From Leucoraja erinacea (taxonomy: Eukaryota): a DNA stretch of 64,000 bases. The notes beneath the pieces were generated by a model. The model had not been told where the DNA came from and searched no databases. It saw only the letters and a program-made list of their open reading frames with translations. The stretch's first letter is position 1. Every line of letters begins with the position of its first letter. The position numbers and the translations under genes were made by a program. The DNA lies in assembly GCF_028641065.1 (NCBI RefSeq), contig NC_073396.1, forward strand, positions 11,098,001 to 11,162,000, written 5' to 3'. Shown here piece after piece: positions 38,115 through 52,454 of the stretch.

Positions 38115-39070
38115 GTTAGAATTAGAATTAGAATTTCCTTTATTGTCATTCAGACCTTACGGTCTGAACGAAATTTTATGCCTGCAGTCATACATACAAT
38201 AATAAACAACAATAAACACAAATTAACATCCACCACAGTGAGTCCTCCAAGCACCTCCTCACTGTGGTGAAGGCAAAAATCTTAGGGCCGCAGTCTCTTC
38301 CCTCCTCTTCTCCCTCTGCGCTGAGGCGATGCCCCACCGGGCGATGGTACAAATAGTCCCGCGGCTCACCGAACCCCGCAAACGGGCCGGCTCAAACACC
38401 GCAGCCCGGGGTGGTCGAAGCTGCCGCCCTCCAGTCCAGCGGACGCAACCGCTGGCCTGCGGCTGAACCCCGGACTCAGGTCACCGCCGCCAGAACGCCG
38501 TCCCAGCCACCTGAGCACCATTCCAGCCCCGAGCCGGATCGCCCTCACGTGAGTGCTGTTCTTCCCTCGAGCTGGGCCGCCCCGACGGGAGCGCCGTTCC
38601 TTCCTCGAGCTGGGCCGCCCCAACGGGAGCGCCGTTCCACCCTCGGGCTGGGCCGCCCCGACAGGAGCGCCAGAGCCCCTCACGAGAGAGTCTCAGCCCC
38701 GCGCCAAGCCGCCCTCACGGGAGCGTCACTGCCCCTCACGGGAGCGCCGTTCCAGCCCTGAGCTGGACCGCCCTCACGGGAGCGAGCCCAGGGCAAGTCC
38801 TGACTGGCTTTGCCTCCGGAGTCTCGAGGTCGCCAGCTCTGCCATTAGGCCTCAGCGTAGACGGAGGCAGAGAAGGGGGATACGACAAAAAAGTCGCATT
38901 CCCCCGAAGGGAGAGACAGCAAGCCCTGTTTCAAACCCCCCCCCCCCAACATAAACACAACCTAAAAACCAAAAACTTAACGAGACAAAACGAAAAAAAC
39001 AACACAAAATACTAAAAACAAACGGACTGCAGGCGAGCCACTGCTGCCAGGGCAGCGCCGCCACTTCCGG
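38115..39070 (-). mobile_element. Longer copy of the stem-loop-tailed non-LTR element, with an internal GC-rich tandem repeat
   Basis: Minus-strand 3' end CGTTCAGACC-GTAA-GGTCTGAATG, AATAAA and (TTCTAA)n; shares its 3' body with 18763-19059. ~38-bp GGGAGCGCCGTTCC...GGGCCGCCC units at ~38510-38790. Confidence 0.75.
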
Positions 39071-39899
39071 AATGTGCATGCTAGGAAAATCAGTCTTGGT
39101 CCATTTTTATTTACCATAAGAGGTGACCCAATAAACATGTGCAGAATAAAGGATTGATAGGGTTTATGTGGAGAAACCATGAGTGTATGATGGTTCCCAA
39201 GAAATTCAGTAGGGAATTTGAAAGATACTTTATCTAAAGAGTGGTGTAAATGCGGATCTTGCGAATATAAGGAGTGGTTAAAACGAATGGTAAGAGGCAG
39301 CTGGAGAAGTATGAGAAAGAAGGAGATAGAGGGTTTCACTGATATAGTTCGGTGTAGAAAGAGAGAAGGTTTATGTGTAGCTAAAGTATTGTTGACTGGC
39401 TGAGCCTGTTTCTTTGTCAAAAACTGCCACAAACAAGGTTTGATTCCTTGGAACTATCCATAAGCTTCTTTATGTCAGCGATGTCCATTTATTAAAGTAA
39501 CCCATGCGTATTGCTCTATGTACAATTGTTATATATTAATTTAATTAAATATTCACCTTAACACTACCCACAATTAAACTATTAGAATAAGTACTGTATC
39601 CAGTCATTAATGAGCGCAGAAACCATTTTTGTTATTGTGTCGAAAAATGCTTTAAAAATGTGTGGGGGAACTTGTGTAAAGTCAGATTTCCAGTCAGTCA
39701 TCTGTAATTCAGGGAGATCCTGTATTCTATATAATTTGCATAAATTATTTATGTTGGCTGGTTATTAATACTAAACCAAATGGTTTCCAGCCTTTTGTTT
39801 TGCATCATTCTTTCACCATCACAAAAATGCTACGGCCCTTATCCATTCTCCTAAATTCCAAATTGTACAAAACTTAGCTGTTCATATTCTCACCCATGT

Positions 39900-40710
39900 T
39901 TCTTCTGTGTTCCATACTTATTCTCTCGCTCCCTTTCTCCCCGGACCCAATGAGGATAGGGCTCCCCAGATCCCCTCCTTTCACCCCGACAGAGTCCGCA
40001 TGCAATACATCATCCTCTGACAGTTCCGTCACCTCCAATGTGATTCCACCACTAATCGCATCTTCCCATCGCCACCCCTTTCGGCATTCAGCAGAGCATG
40101 CCCTCTGCCCAGGTACGTTCCCCTAGAGATGTAATACCTGTCCCTATATGTCATCTCTTGCCTCCATCCAGCGACCCCCAGTCTTTCCAATATAAATAAA
40201 GTATAAAGACAAAAAGGTTCACATGCACCTCTTCTAACTTCATCTACTGCATCCTTTGTTCCTGATGTGGGCTCATGTACATCGGTGAGATCCAGTGTAG
40301 ACACAGCGACCACTTTGCTGAACACAAAGTTTACCCCCCCCCTCCACTTGTACCGTTTACAATGGATACCCAATTTGCAACTTTTCTATCCTCCTTAACA
40401 AGGAGGATAGAAAAAATTGTTTCCTTAACAATTCACAACTCTATCCTCTTGGGCCCACACCTTTCTTATCATCTCTGGCCTTTGTACAACAATGTCCCTA
40501 TCAAATAATTCCCTGACCTGTGTTCGCCTATCACTGGCTATGCTCTGTCTTGCGCCTCCGCTTTTCTAGCATTCTTCTCTGCCTCCCTACAATTAGTCTG
40601 ATGAAGGATTCCGACCCGAAATGCCATGCTTCCAGGGATGCCTCCTATCCCGCTGAGTTACTCAAGCATTTTGTGCCTATCTTTGGTTTAAGCAGTATCT
40701 GCAGTTCCTC
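39900..40710 (+). mobile_element. Penelope-like element fragment
   Basis: Remnant of the GIY-YIG region (TCTSSNFIYCILCS-CGLMYIGE-like, ~40221-40290) and a tail with CTGATGA...GAAAT at ~40598-40622. Confidence 0.65.
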
Positions 40711-40969
40711 ATTATCATTGTTAATATCCTATTCAGCTTCTCTTTATCCAAGAAAATGTGGATCGACATTATTTCTGAATGATATGATTTCCAAAGGATT
40801 TATATATTTTGGCGTCTGTATTTGCATAGCTGCCTTATTATAGCTGGAATAAGTGAAAGTGCAAAATATTTCAATTCTTCAACACCGTTGTAGACTGGTT
40901 TGGAAGGTGAGATAACATGTGATCCAGGGTGAGATGACCAATAGGATATAATACTGGCATAGTGATAAA

Positions 40970-41930
40970 CATAGAAAATAGGTGCAGGAAGGAGTAGGCC
41001 ATTTGTCCCTTCGAGCCAGCCCTGCCATTCAATATGATCGTGGCTGATCATCCAACATCAGTATCCTGCTTTCTCCCCATATCCCTTGATTCTGTTAGCC
41101 CTAAAAGCTATATCTAACTCTCTTGAAAACATCAAATGAGTTGGCTTCCACTATCTTCTGTGGTAGCGAATTCCACAGATTCACAACTCTTTGAGTGAAA
41201 AGGTTATTTCTCATCTTAATCCGAGATGGCCTACCCCTTATTCTTAAACTATGACCCCTGGTTCTGGACTCCCCCAACATCGGGAACTTTTTTTCCTGCA
41301 TCCAGCCTGTCCAATCCCTTAAGAATGTTATATGTTTCTATAATATATCCTCTCATCTTTCTAATTTCCAATGAATCGGAGGGTTGTTTTTCAGATTGGA
41401 GGCCTGTGACCAGTAGTGTGCCACCGATATCAATGCTGAATCCTTACTTGTTTGTTGTATATATATTAATGATTTTGACAATGCAGGTGGCATGATTAGC
41501 AAGTTTGCGGTTGACACTAAAATTGGTGGTGTGATGAACAGTGTAGACGTTGTCTAAGTTTACAACTGGATCTAGATCAATGGAGAAAGCGGGACAGGTG
41601 GAATTCAATTTGGACACGTGTGATGTTATGTATTTTGGCAAGGTAAACCAGGGCAGGATATACTTGGAGCCCTGTTGATTATTGTAGTACATAGTTCCTT
41701 AAAAGTGGTGACACAAACAAAGTGGTGACACAAACAAGGTGGTGAAGAAGCCATATTCATCAGCTCGGGTATTGAGTAAAAGAGTTGGTACATTGTGTTA
41801 CATTGAATACTTTGGTGAGTCTGCACTTGGAATATTGTGTACAGCTCTGGTCACTATCATATAGGAATGATGTCATAAAGTGCTAGAGAATGCACAACAT
41901 ATTCGCAAGGATATGACTGATTGAAGGGCT
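40970..41930. mobile_element. Two CR1/HER1-like LINE fragments in opposite orientation
   Basis: Minus-strand FPMLGESRTRGHSLRIRGRP...FTQRVVNLWNSLP (CR1 ORF2 C-terminus); plus-strand WRPVTSSVP...LFVVYI remnant. Confidence 0.8.
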
Positions 41931-43790
41931 ACAGAAATAAGAAGAGACCCATTTCTCTTAATCCTCCAGAACTCCCTCCTCCTCCTCTTCACCCTCCCTC
42001 TTCAATCCCTAGAGAGGGAGGGGGGGCAGAAAGGGAGGGAGGGTAGAGGGGGGTAGAGAGGGAGGGGGTAGAGAGGGTAGATAGGGAGGAGGCATCTCCC
42101 TTCCCCATCTCCCTCCACCACTCCCCACCCCATCTCCCTCCTCGTCATTTCCCTCATCCACCTCCCCTCATTCCCTGCCCCAGGACCTACCCAGGTCCTA
42201 GAGCAGCACCAGACCCTGGTTCTCGTACTCGGCCCAGCCCTGGCTGTAGACTCCAGCTGTCAGCTTGGCCGCCGCCTGGGCTCCAGTGCAGACCCCGACT
42301 TCATCTACTGGCTCGTCTCTGACCCAGGCTTGTCCTTGGTTCCAGCGGCGGCTTCTTTCTCGGCCCCGGTCACTGCCCCATCCCAAGTCCTGGGCTCGGC
42401 CCTCACTCCTGCTCCAGCATCACTCTCCCCACCGGGTGTCGGGCGCCACTACTCGTTCACTGCGAGCGCTGGAGTGCCCCTCCCTCCCAAAGTGTCCTGT
42501 TCTGCCATGCGAGTGCATTGTGACATCACTCGGGTTTTGTTTTGCGAAATGGGTGAATTTTCGGGCTGTTTTCAAAACTTTAAACGATTAATAGCTTCGG
42601 AAATATAGGTGGGAATATGACGGGAAGATGTTTATCGCCTCGACGGGAACAATGTGAGTGGGGTGTGTGAAAATGGGAAGGCTGTGGCCTAGCATTTGGA
42701 AGAAAATAGGAATTAACCAGATTCTCACACACACTCACACACATGACTTTTAGTGTTATAGAGATAAATAGTATCCACAAAGGTTTCCCTTTCAAACCAA
42801 ACAGCAATCTTTAACAATGCTTACAAATGTAGAAGACGCTATTCTGTTCCATTGTGTTAATAGACCCCATTGCCCACCCAACATTTTTGTCGGTATATCT
42901 TTAAATTGTCAATTGGCCATGCATTCACGTCATTTTGGGACAAAAAAATTGCTTTTTCACCACATTGTGGGATAATTGGCTTCCTAACTCTATGGCTTAG
43001 CTTTAATATTATTATGATGTTCCTTATGTTTTGTGTCCCAACATCAAATAAATTATTTTTTTCTGTCTTATCCACCAAACACTTAAATCATAACAGTTAC
43101 CTGGCCTTGGAATGCTCAATGTTTGAGGTATATATATCAAATGTACAATCGGGCTTCAATTGATTCCTTTAAACGATAAAATAAATATGGCAAATCTGTG
43201 CCGTGCTTGGATATAATTATATAATTTTCTGGTGCCAAAAATTGAATATATATTCTGTTTAAATGACAATTTGTATTTTAAATTGTGTGTGAATCATAGG
43301 TTTGGTTATTTCAGTTGATTGATACCAGCCTGGGTAATAGTCTCTTAAATAAAATAATCTGAGGATTTGAGTATGGGGAAGAGGTCATCAGGCTAGGTAT
43401 TGAGATATATTTTTGATTAACTGTACAACATGGATAAATTTGTGCTTCATTTTGACGTGCAATTAATTCAAATAGACTGCACTTGTTAAGATTTCACAAG
43501 AATGGCCAGGGTGAGTGAGTGGTGTAATTTGAGCCTGTCCCAGCTGTGAGTCAGCTGTACAATTGATAGAAATGTATATAATTGCCAAAAATGAAACTTG
43601 TTATAATTAACATATTTAGTCTGAAATTCTGTTAGCAAATACACACGTGAAATTACTTTGGAAAATAATGGTAACACTTTATTCAATCTATAGGCATGTA
43701 TCTTGCGCTTTGAATGGTTGTAAGGTTAAAATATAATACATTTTCATATCCATTTCAAGATGATCTAAAGCATTTTACAGCCAAAAGAAA

Positions 43791-44563
43791 TGTAATAATT
43801 GCTCATTTCTAAGCTTCCCCCCCAGTCTAGTTTCAGTAAAAACACTGAATCAAGCTCTTGAAACAACAAAATTTTAATTGCCAAAAGCACGTCACAGATC
43901 AAACACTGTACCTATCCCACCGCGGGTTTGATCCTCACATCAGCCTGTACAAGCCCTCTAGGCCTCGCTCAGACAGAGGCACTCCAGAAGTTCACCCAGT
44001 CCTGAGCGCTCTTCCAGAAGATTGACGCTGAGCCTTGTGATCGCGGACTTTTATATGTCCCGGGACCTCGAGGGGCTGAACCACATGGGGGTGGTCTCAA
44101 TAACCCAATTACAGATATCGATTAACCCCATGCATAACAGGCATTTCCCTAACCCAATGATGCAACAGTTCAATACATTGTATTCACAACGGACTTCAAG
44201 AGGAAGTCACTTTAGAACCATTTACCCTAATTTACAGAAAACCCATACAAGGCTCAACACCTCGTCCAATCAACACTTGGCAAAGTCAAACTCTGCAACA
44301 TTATTTACAACTGTTTACAAGGGGTATGTCTGGTTTGCAGTCATCCAATCCATTCTATGCATTTTGCACCAAATTGACAGGGTTTTACAGATCTTCCCAT
44401 TCTTTGCTTGCAAATTGTATCCAAGCCCCAGGCACTCTGGCACCTCTCTATAGCTTGTCCCAGCTCTGCAGAGAGCAACTCCAATTTGACCAAATCTCCC
44501 AGCAACCCCGAAACTTAAACCCATTTTGCAGTCCTAGCTGCTCCAGTTTAGCCAGGATTAACA
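43791..44563 (-). mobile_element. Candidate solo LTR (ERV-like), antisense in UNKL intron 2
   Basis: TG...CA ends; minus-strand TATAAAA at 44055-44049 and ATTAAA at 43878-43873 in U3-R-U5 order. No clear TSD. Confidence 0.45.
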
Positions 44564-45769
44564 TAAGCACTGTTGTAACATAGGAATCATAGTACTATTC
44601 AGCAAGTTTTCTCTAAACGCTACATAATAAACATGATGTCACAACTACACTTCTGATTCTTCTCAATGCACCCCATTCCAAATTATTTTATTAACATTTG
44701 TAGAATTTCACATAAAAATGGCACAATATTGATAGTTCTGTAAAGATGCAATGTATAATCAATTGATGTAATGAGAGTTAATTAAACTGCTCAAAAAATT
44801 AAGGATATTATTTAGATATAGAAAGAACTGCTGATGCTGGAATCTTGAGTAAAGCACAAAGTGCTGGAGCAACACATCAGCTGCTTGACCCCATGAGTTA
44901 CTCCAGCATTTTGTGTTTAATTATGGAAAATAATTTATTTGACAAGGGGAAAAAATAACTGGACTATTGAGAAAAAAGTTGTGAAACGTCTCTGAGCGCA
45001 ATGGCCTTATTTCAGGCTCTAGCAACTAATGATTTTAATAGATCACTCAAAACCTTCTAAACTCGAGTGATTGCAAATTGAGTCTACATTAAAGAATCAA
45101 GATTTAATTCTTTAAGTCCTGGTGTCTGGAAAATCCACATAATGCACCTTCAGAACGTATATGTCACTCCAGGACCCCTTTACCAAAATTGAACGCAGTG
45201 TTTCTTGGGTGTTTTTCATGGTCACATTTTTCTTTGAGCTAATGGGCCAAATTGCATTAATCTTTTTACTTGAGTGTTGCATCTGTATAGTGCTTTTGGC
45301 GATTCTGCAAAATATTTTCAGCTTTAGAATTTGAGTTAATGCGCAAGGTTTTCTAAATGAAAATTGGAGCAAAAGTAGCTATTTGACACCATGCATTTGT
45401 TCTGCATGTTGACATTAATTTTTTGCATCCATTCACCTTCTAAATTAACACCATGTTCCCAGATAGATAGTTTTAATACTCCCAAATCCACCAATCTCTG
45501 AAATAGTTGTATAAAAGTTGTGTAAGAGATTTTCACCTCAACTTCAAAAAATGATTAGCAGAAATCGTAAGTGAGCATAGAACATAACGGTTGTGGTTTG
45601 TTCTGCAAGTGAGAATGCGAAAGTAAAACCTGCTTTACCATTTTAATTGTCCTGTAATATTTTATTGAGGAAGGATACATGAGATATCAATAGATTCATC
45701 ATAAACATGACTAACTTTCATCTATCTATACTAGTTTTCACAACCCAACTTAAATCAGGATACACGGGA

Positions 45770-46500
45770 GTGCAGATGCTGGAAACTGTAACAAAAAAAG
45801 ACTGCTGGAGGAATCCGGCGAGTCAGGTGGCATCTGTGAAGGGAATGAGTGGTCAATGTTTTGAGATGAGGCCCTTCATCCGGACTGGAAGAGTAGAGGG
45901 AAATCACCAGGAAAAGAGGAGTAAAAAGAGGCAAGAGCTGACAAATGATTGGTGAATCCTGATAAGGAGGGGCTGATGGCAGATGGATTGATGTGGGGAG
46001 GGAAGGTAGAAATAGTGACAGAGGTTGGAGATGAAAAGTGGAGACAAAAAGGCGTGCAGAAGTGTGGACAACAGGGGATGTGGGTGAGGGCTCGATCACA
46101 GTGGACGGGAATCCACATTTCCTGAAAAAAGAACGTTTGGATGTCCTGGTGTGGAAAATTTCATCTTGAGAACAGATGCCGCAGAAACAGAGAAATTGAG
46201 GAATGGGATAGTGTCCTTTCAAGTTACACGGTAAAGGGATATGTAGTCAAGGTAACTGTAGGAGTCGGTGTTTTTTTATAATTGTCAGTGGAAAACTTGT
46301 GTCCTGAGATAAAGACAGAAACATTAACAAAGGGAAGTGAGGTGTTAGAAATAGTCCAAGTAAATCTCATGGCGGGGTTTTTGTAAGAACCATAGTTGCT
46401 GAAAGTGATGAGTTCCACGTGAGTATTGGAGGCAGCGCCAATATAGTCGTAGATTTGTGGAGGAAGAATTGGGATTCAATGCCAATGTAGGCTAGGAACA
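45770..46500 (-). mobile_element. Penelope-like RT fragment plus tail
   Basis: NPAMRFTWTISNTSLPFVNVSVFISGHKFSTDNYKK resembles the PLE RT C-terminal region (FT.SISDTSLPFLD.SVSISG...TDIY.K). Confidence 0.7.
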
Positions 46501-49424
46501 AAGATTGCTTCACTTGGCCAGTGAAGATTGCTTCACTTGGCCAGTGGTGGCGGTGTGGAATGAGCTTCCGGTGGAAGTGGTGGAGGCAGGTTCATTGGTA
46601 TCATTTAAAAATAAATTGGATAGGCATATGGATGAGAAGGGAATGGAGGGTTATGGTATGAGTGCAGGCAGGTGGGAGTAAGGAAAAAAAAAGTTGTTTG
46701 GCACGGACTTGTAGGGCCGAGATGGCCTGTTTCCGTGCTGTAGTTGTTATATGGTTATATGGTTAATAAGCAGGTATAGTTAGTACCTGTGGCAACACCA
46801 TCTCACTCATCTAACATCTGTCCCTATACCTACTCCCTCAACTCAATCCAGAGACCTAAACAGACTTCAGGGTAGATAGAAATTCATATGCACCTCCTCC
46901 AACCTCATTTATTGGACTCCGTGGTCTCGATTGGCTTCCTCTATGTTAGTGATACCAGGTGACTCTTTCTGGAAGGCCATTTGGAGCTCCGGTTGCAATT
47001 CCTTTTTCCATTCCCACACCATGTTTGTCCTCTTGCCAGAGTGAGGCCAAATGTAAATTGTAGGAACAGCACTTCATTCTGCATGGATAGTGCGTGACCC
47101 AATGGACATTGAATTATCTGACTTCAGGTAACCCGCTTCCCCTCTGACCTTTTCTCTCTCCTGATCCACCAAGGTGCTCTTGCACACACATTCCCTTTAA
47201 ATATTCACCCCCCATCTTCTTAACCTGCCCATCGCCCGCCCACTGAGTTTCCTATCCCCCTCCTCTTACTATTCCCATCCATCCATCAAGCCTCTCTATT
47301 TGGTTCCTTTCTGTAGATGGTTACACTTTCCTTTACACTTTCTTATCAAGCTCCACTTATCACCTCAACGTCTCTGTCGTTGTCTCTCCCCTTCACCACC
47401 ACCTGACTCCATCTGCCAAACAACGTATAGCTTGCCAGCTCTTACACCAATCCTCCCTTTCACTTCTTTACACTGGTTTTCTCCTCTCGACTCTCTTTTG
47501 TTCCAGATAAAAGGTCTGGATACAAAACATGATCACGGATCAAATCTATTGTCACTTTGTTTAGTTAAGTTGAACTTTGCAATACTAGGCGTGGAAGGGT
47601 AAATCAGTTGTGTGCACGCCACGCAAGAGTTTTACAGTACAGAAACGGGCCCTTTGGCCTAATTCATGCCGGCCAAGATGCCTCTTCGAAACTAGTCCCA
47701 TTTGCACTAAACCTTCAATCACCAAATGGCTTTATTGCATGCAACTGAATTTTCAGATTTGTGGTGAATTATTATTTACTTCACAACCATTACGTTTATT
47801 ACCAACACCAAAAACATACTTTTACTTAAACAATTTTAATGGACACAGAGACCCATTTATTTTTTTTAAAAAGTAACTTGCATATTTGACTTGGAATTTG
47901 AACAGCAGTGGCCAATCCCAATGTCTCTGTCTGGTGTGTTGATTGAAGATGTACTGAAAATAGTATATTCAACAGGAATTCCCTTGACTTTACGAAAAAA
48001 GTTGATGCACACGTCATATAGACAACTAGCAAGAAGGTATTTTGACTGCTTGGTTATATTGCATAAATATTTTTAAAATAAAGTGTATTTGCTTTTCTTT
48101 TGAGCTGTAAATAGATTCTAGGTAATTGAAGAAAAATACAAAGATTGTTTCTTTAAGTTCTTGAACTTGGTGCAAAATAAATTGACCCTGATAATGTAAA
48201 CAAGCTTAAAATTTACTGCTGGTGAGCAAATCAAGATGTACTTTTATGCCTCCCTGCTTTAGGAGATTAATGCATCACTCTACTGGGTTAATGTGCTTCC
48301 CAATGTCATAGTTGTGGAGGGTGACAATATAAGAAACAGAGACTACTAAATATGTCTTTCCCCATTTTTATGTGCTTGTCATCTAACAGACATAGAGTAG
48401 TAGAGATACATAGCTTCATTCTGTGTAGTTTCAATTTAACAGTAATGCAGTACCTGGAATCAATATTCAAACAGACTTTGTTTGTACAGTATTCTTATGA
48501 TTCTAGGTACTGATGATTGAGGAAAAAAATTATTTCCACTGCAGCTGACTGAAACTGATCTCATTATGCTTTTTATTTATGCAATTGACTTGCGATCTAA
48601 ACACTGACAGTAAGTTGTACAAAATTGTATAACGGTTGTTCCAGGCAATGAGTATGGATAAACAGAAAGACTATCTGGAAACCAAGGGCATAAAAGTCAC
48701 ATGATGCACATCATAGATTCATCTGAAAACATTATGTGAAATGTGATGAAAGAACTGTGTTAGGGAATGAACATAAGCGTGAGCAAAGAGTCTTGTATTG
48801 GCAAAGGAACTAATGTTGTTATCCTTCTTTCAATTAAAGGAGACGTAGCAAGGAAGTGAGGAGAGATGAAAGCAATTCAAAATATACGAGAAAGAAAAGA
48901 AGAAATCACAGAAAGGTATACAGTGAAAGATGCAATCAGGTAGTGTAGTTTTGAGCCTGATGCTTATAACGGTTGCTTTTACCACAGCCATTATTCCACC
49001 TAGTTCTTAATCTCCAAACTGTTGAAACAATGGCTGGAGTAACTGCAGAAAGAAAAAAAGAACTATGTCAGCATAAGTAAATATGAAATGTAGCTGCAAA
49101 CTATGCAGGTACAGTCAAACTACATGTCAGTGAGGAACAACACTGAGTATAGCAAGAGGGTTTTATTTTCCCTTGGGTGTTGGATGATCCAGGCCATTGT
49201 ACCAAACTACTTGGTGTCCTAATAACAATGTGAAAGTGTTTTATGATCTGATGTCTTGTGTATATCAGGCATCATGATCGTTGTTATTTTATAATTTTAT
49301 ATCGGTTTCATTGTTAATATATGTTAATGAATTGGGAGAGAACATGTACAAAATAAAAAAGGTTTATATTCTGGTAGAATTTATTTTCTCCCCCTCAATC
49401 TAATCAAGAATTTTAAGGTGACGG

Positions 49425-50270
49425 TAGACAATGTGTTGGAGTAACTCAGCAGGTCGGGCAGCATCTCTGGAGAAAAAGAATGGGTGACGAGTCGGGTTGC
49501 AACCCTTCTTCGGACTGAAACTAGAGGGTAGGGAAGCAGAGGTAGGAAAAGACCAGAAGAATTCCGGGCCAGCAACATATGACCAAGGAAGGGTGGAGCC
49601 CATAATGGGTCATTGTTGGCTGGGGAAGAGGTGATAAGCAATGGATACAAGAATGTGAACAGTGGAACTAATAGGGCGACTATGGTGGGTGTGGGTGGTA
49701 GAGTGAATGCTTAAAGTTAGAGAAATCAATGTGTATACCGCTGGGTTGTAAGCTGCCTAAGCGAAGTATGAGGTGCTGTTCCTCCAATTTGGGTATGGCC
49801 CCAATCTGACAGTGGAGGAGGCCCAGGACAGAAAGGTCAGTATGGGAATGGGAAAGGGTGTTAAAATGTTTGACATCCGGGAAATCGCCTAGGCCAAGGA
49901 CAAAAGAACGTAAGTGTTGAGCGAAATGTTTGCCCAGTCTGCTCATGGTCTCGCCGATATATAGAAACCCACACTGAGAAAACTGGTACAGTAGATTAGA
50001 TTGGAGGAGGTGCAAGTGATCCTCTGCCTCATTTGAAAGGACTGTTGGGGTCCTCGGATGGGAATTGTGGGAGGAGGAAAAGGACAGGTGTTGCATCTCC
50101 TGTGGTTGCAGGGGAAGGTTCCAGGGAGGGGGTGGTTTGGGTGGGAAGGTATGGGTGAACCAGGGAGTTGCGAAGGGAAAGATCTCTGGAAAGCAGGAAA
50201 GGGAGGAAATGGGAATACATGACTAGTGGTGGGATCCTGTTGGAGGTGGCAAAAATGTTGGAGGATTTCA
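49425..50270 (-). mobile_element. Penelope-like element: GIY-YIG endonuclease remnant and 3' tail
   Basis: Frameshifted FPCNHRRCNTCP...TCTSSNLIYC / QCGFLYIGETMSRLGKHFAQHLRS...KLEEQHLILRLGSLQPSGIHIDFSNFK, followed by a hammerhead-like tail at ~49486-49515. Confidence 0.85.
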
Positions 50271-50734
50271 AGGTATTTGGTGTCAAAATTGATTTTCTTT
50301 TGCCCCACTGCAACTTTCAGTATAAAATAACCTTACACTGAAAGCTGATGTAAAACTGAACGCTGCATTTTAAAATGTAATATGTTATAAAACATAACCC
50401 AACAACAAAATGAAATATTTAAATTCAAACTTTCCTTTTAGATCTAGACCAATGTATTGTATGACTTCATCAATATATTTGAACTTGTATCTTGTTAATA
50501 AACATATAGTATAAAGTTTATTATAACTTCCTGTATAATAAGAATAAGAAGAAAACAGGATTTTTAAAGAATGCAATTATGTGTAGAGAATGAATGCTTT
50601 CCTTTATGGTATGAGACACATTTATTTTAACATCGGTATGCATTATTTTTCTTAGAGACAACAAGGAACTGCAGTTGTGTAGAAAGGAACTGCAGATGCT
50701 GTTATTTACCGAATATAGACACAAAACTCAGTAA

Positions 50735-51135
50735 CTTAGGAGACTGAGAGGGGATCTTATAGAAACTTACAAAATTCTTAAGGGGTTGGACAGACTAGAT
50801 GCAGGAAGATTGTTCCCGATGTTGGGGAAGTCCAGGACAAGGGGTCACAGCTTAAGGATAAGGGGGAAATCCTTTAAAACTGAGATGAGAAGAACTTTTT
50901 TCACACAGAGAGTGGTGAATCTCTGGAGCTCTCTGCCACATAAGGTAGTCGAGGCCAGTTCATTGGCTATATTTAAGAGGGAGTTAGATGTGGCCCTTGT
51001 GGCTAAGGGGATCAGAGGGTATGGAGTGAAGGCAGGTACGGGATACTGAGTTGGATGATCAGCCATGATCATATTGAATGGCGGTGCAGGCTCGAAGGGC
51101 CGAATGGCCTACTCCTGCACCTAATTTCTATGTTT
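50735..51135 (+). mobile_element. CR1/HER1-like LINE 3' end
   Basis: RLRGDLIETYKILKGLDRLDAGRLFPMLGKSRTRGHSLRIRGKSFKTEMRRTFFTQRVVNLWSSLP, plus a 3' UTR ending in TTTCTATGTTTCTA. Confidence 0.9.
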
Positions 51136-52454
51136 CTAACTCTGCATGTCAGGCAGTATCTATGGAGAAAAAGGAAGGATGGTGTTTCGGGTTGGGACCC
51201 CTCTTCAGACTGAAAGTAGAGGGGAGGGAACTGGAAGGAGAAAAAAGGCCAGAACAAAGCAGGACTGGCCACAGATGACCAAGGAAGGGTGGAGCTGAAA
51301 ATGTCCCATTGTTTGGCAACTGGGAGATCGCCTAGGCCAAGGTGGTCTGATGTATTCAGAGTATTCAGCGAAACGATTGCCCAGTCTGGTATATTTATAG
51401 GAGCCCACACCAAGAACAATGGATGCAGTAGATGAGTTGGAGGAGGTGCAAATGAACCTCTGCCTCGCCTTAAATTACTGTTGGGGATTCTGGATAGAAT
51501 TGAGGGAGGAGGTATAACAAACTAAAGTTGCTGATTTACAAAAAAGACAAAAGTACTGGAATAACTCAGCGGGTCAGGCAGCATCTCTGGAGAACATGAT
51601 TAGGTGACACTTTGCGTTGGGGCCTTTCTTCATATTCTGAAGAAGGATCGTGACCTGAAACTTCATCTTTCCATGTTCTCCAGAGATGCTGCCAGACCCG
51701 GCCCACTGAGTTACTCCAGTGCTTTGTGCCTTGCTTTATTTTTCTTTACTGTTGACTTTTTTTTAAATCCAAGCAACTTTACTAAATCTAAATTGAATGA
51801 AGAAATAGATGTTAAAACAAAACCCCAACCACTATGGACTTCAGCCACTATATATTCTTTGATCGACTTTTCTGCTAATGAGCCATTATTTGCCAGGAAA
51901 TACTTAATCGAGTAATTAAAGGTAGAAACATTTCATTGATTTTTTAAAAAGTATTGGTCACAATACTTCAAAAAGCTGCAGATTTTTGCTTTTCTATTTT
52001 ATTCTCTTTTGTGTTGGGGGAGATGGCAGTGTGATGTTTAACAGTCCAACTAAGCCTTGTGGAATTTTGTGATTCATAAGGGGGGGGATGTATAATAAGG
52101 AGATTATAAAAAGGTGATATCAGAATAACAAATCTCTAGACGTAAAAAATATAGGCACATGTAAAATAAAAAAAATATGACTGGGTGGTAATGAGTTGGG
52201 GAGGGAGGGGGGTGTGGGTGGTGGAAGGTAGGCTAATGAAATGTTAAATGGGAGGTTTCCCACACCTTTAACAAGAAGAAAGATGTTGCCATGTGTGCAG
52301 TAACAAATGGTGTTGATGCTAAAAATCCATGAAGATGAGAATCTAGAAAGGTCTGCTATTCTTAAAAGTAAATAAATAGATTGACTCAGCGTATGATATG
52401 TGGATGAGTGGTATCCAAAATTATATGGCTATGAAGAGTGGATATTGCAAGCCA

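Noticed and set aside
46502-46547. Short tandem duplications (23 bp here; also ~41703-41737 and ~62179-62235)
   Set aside because: Ordinary slippage duplications within decayed repeats.
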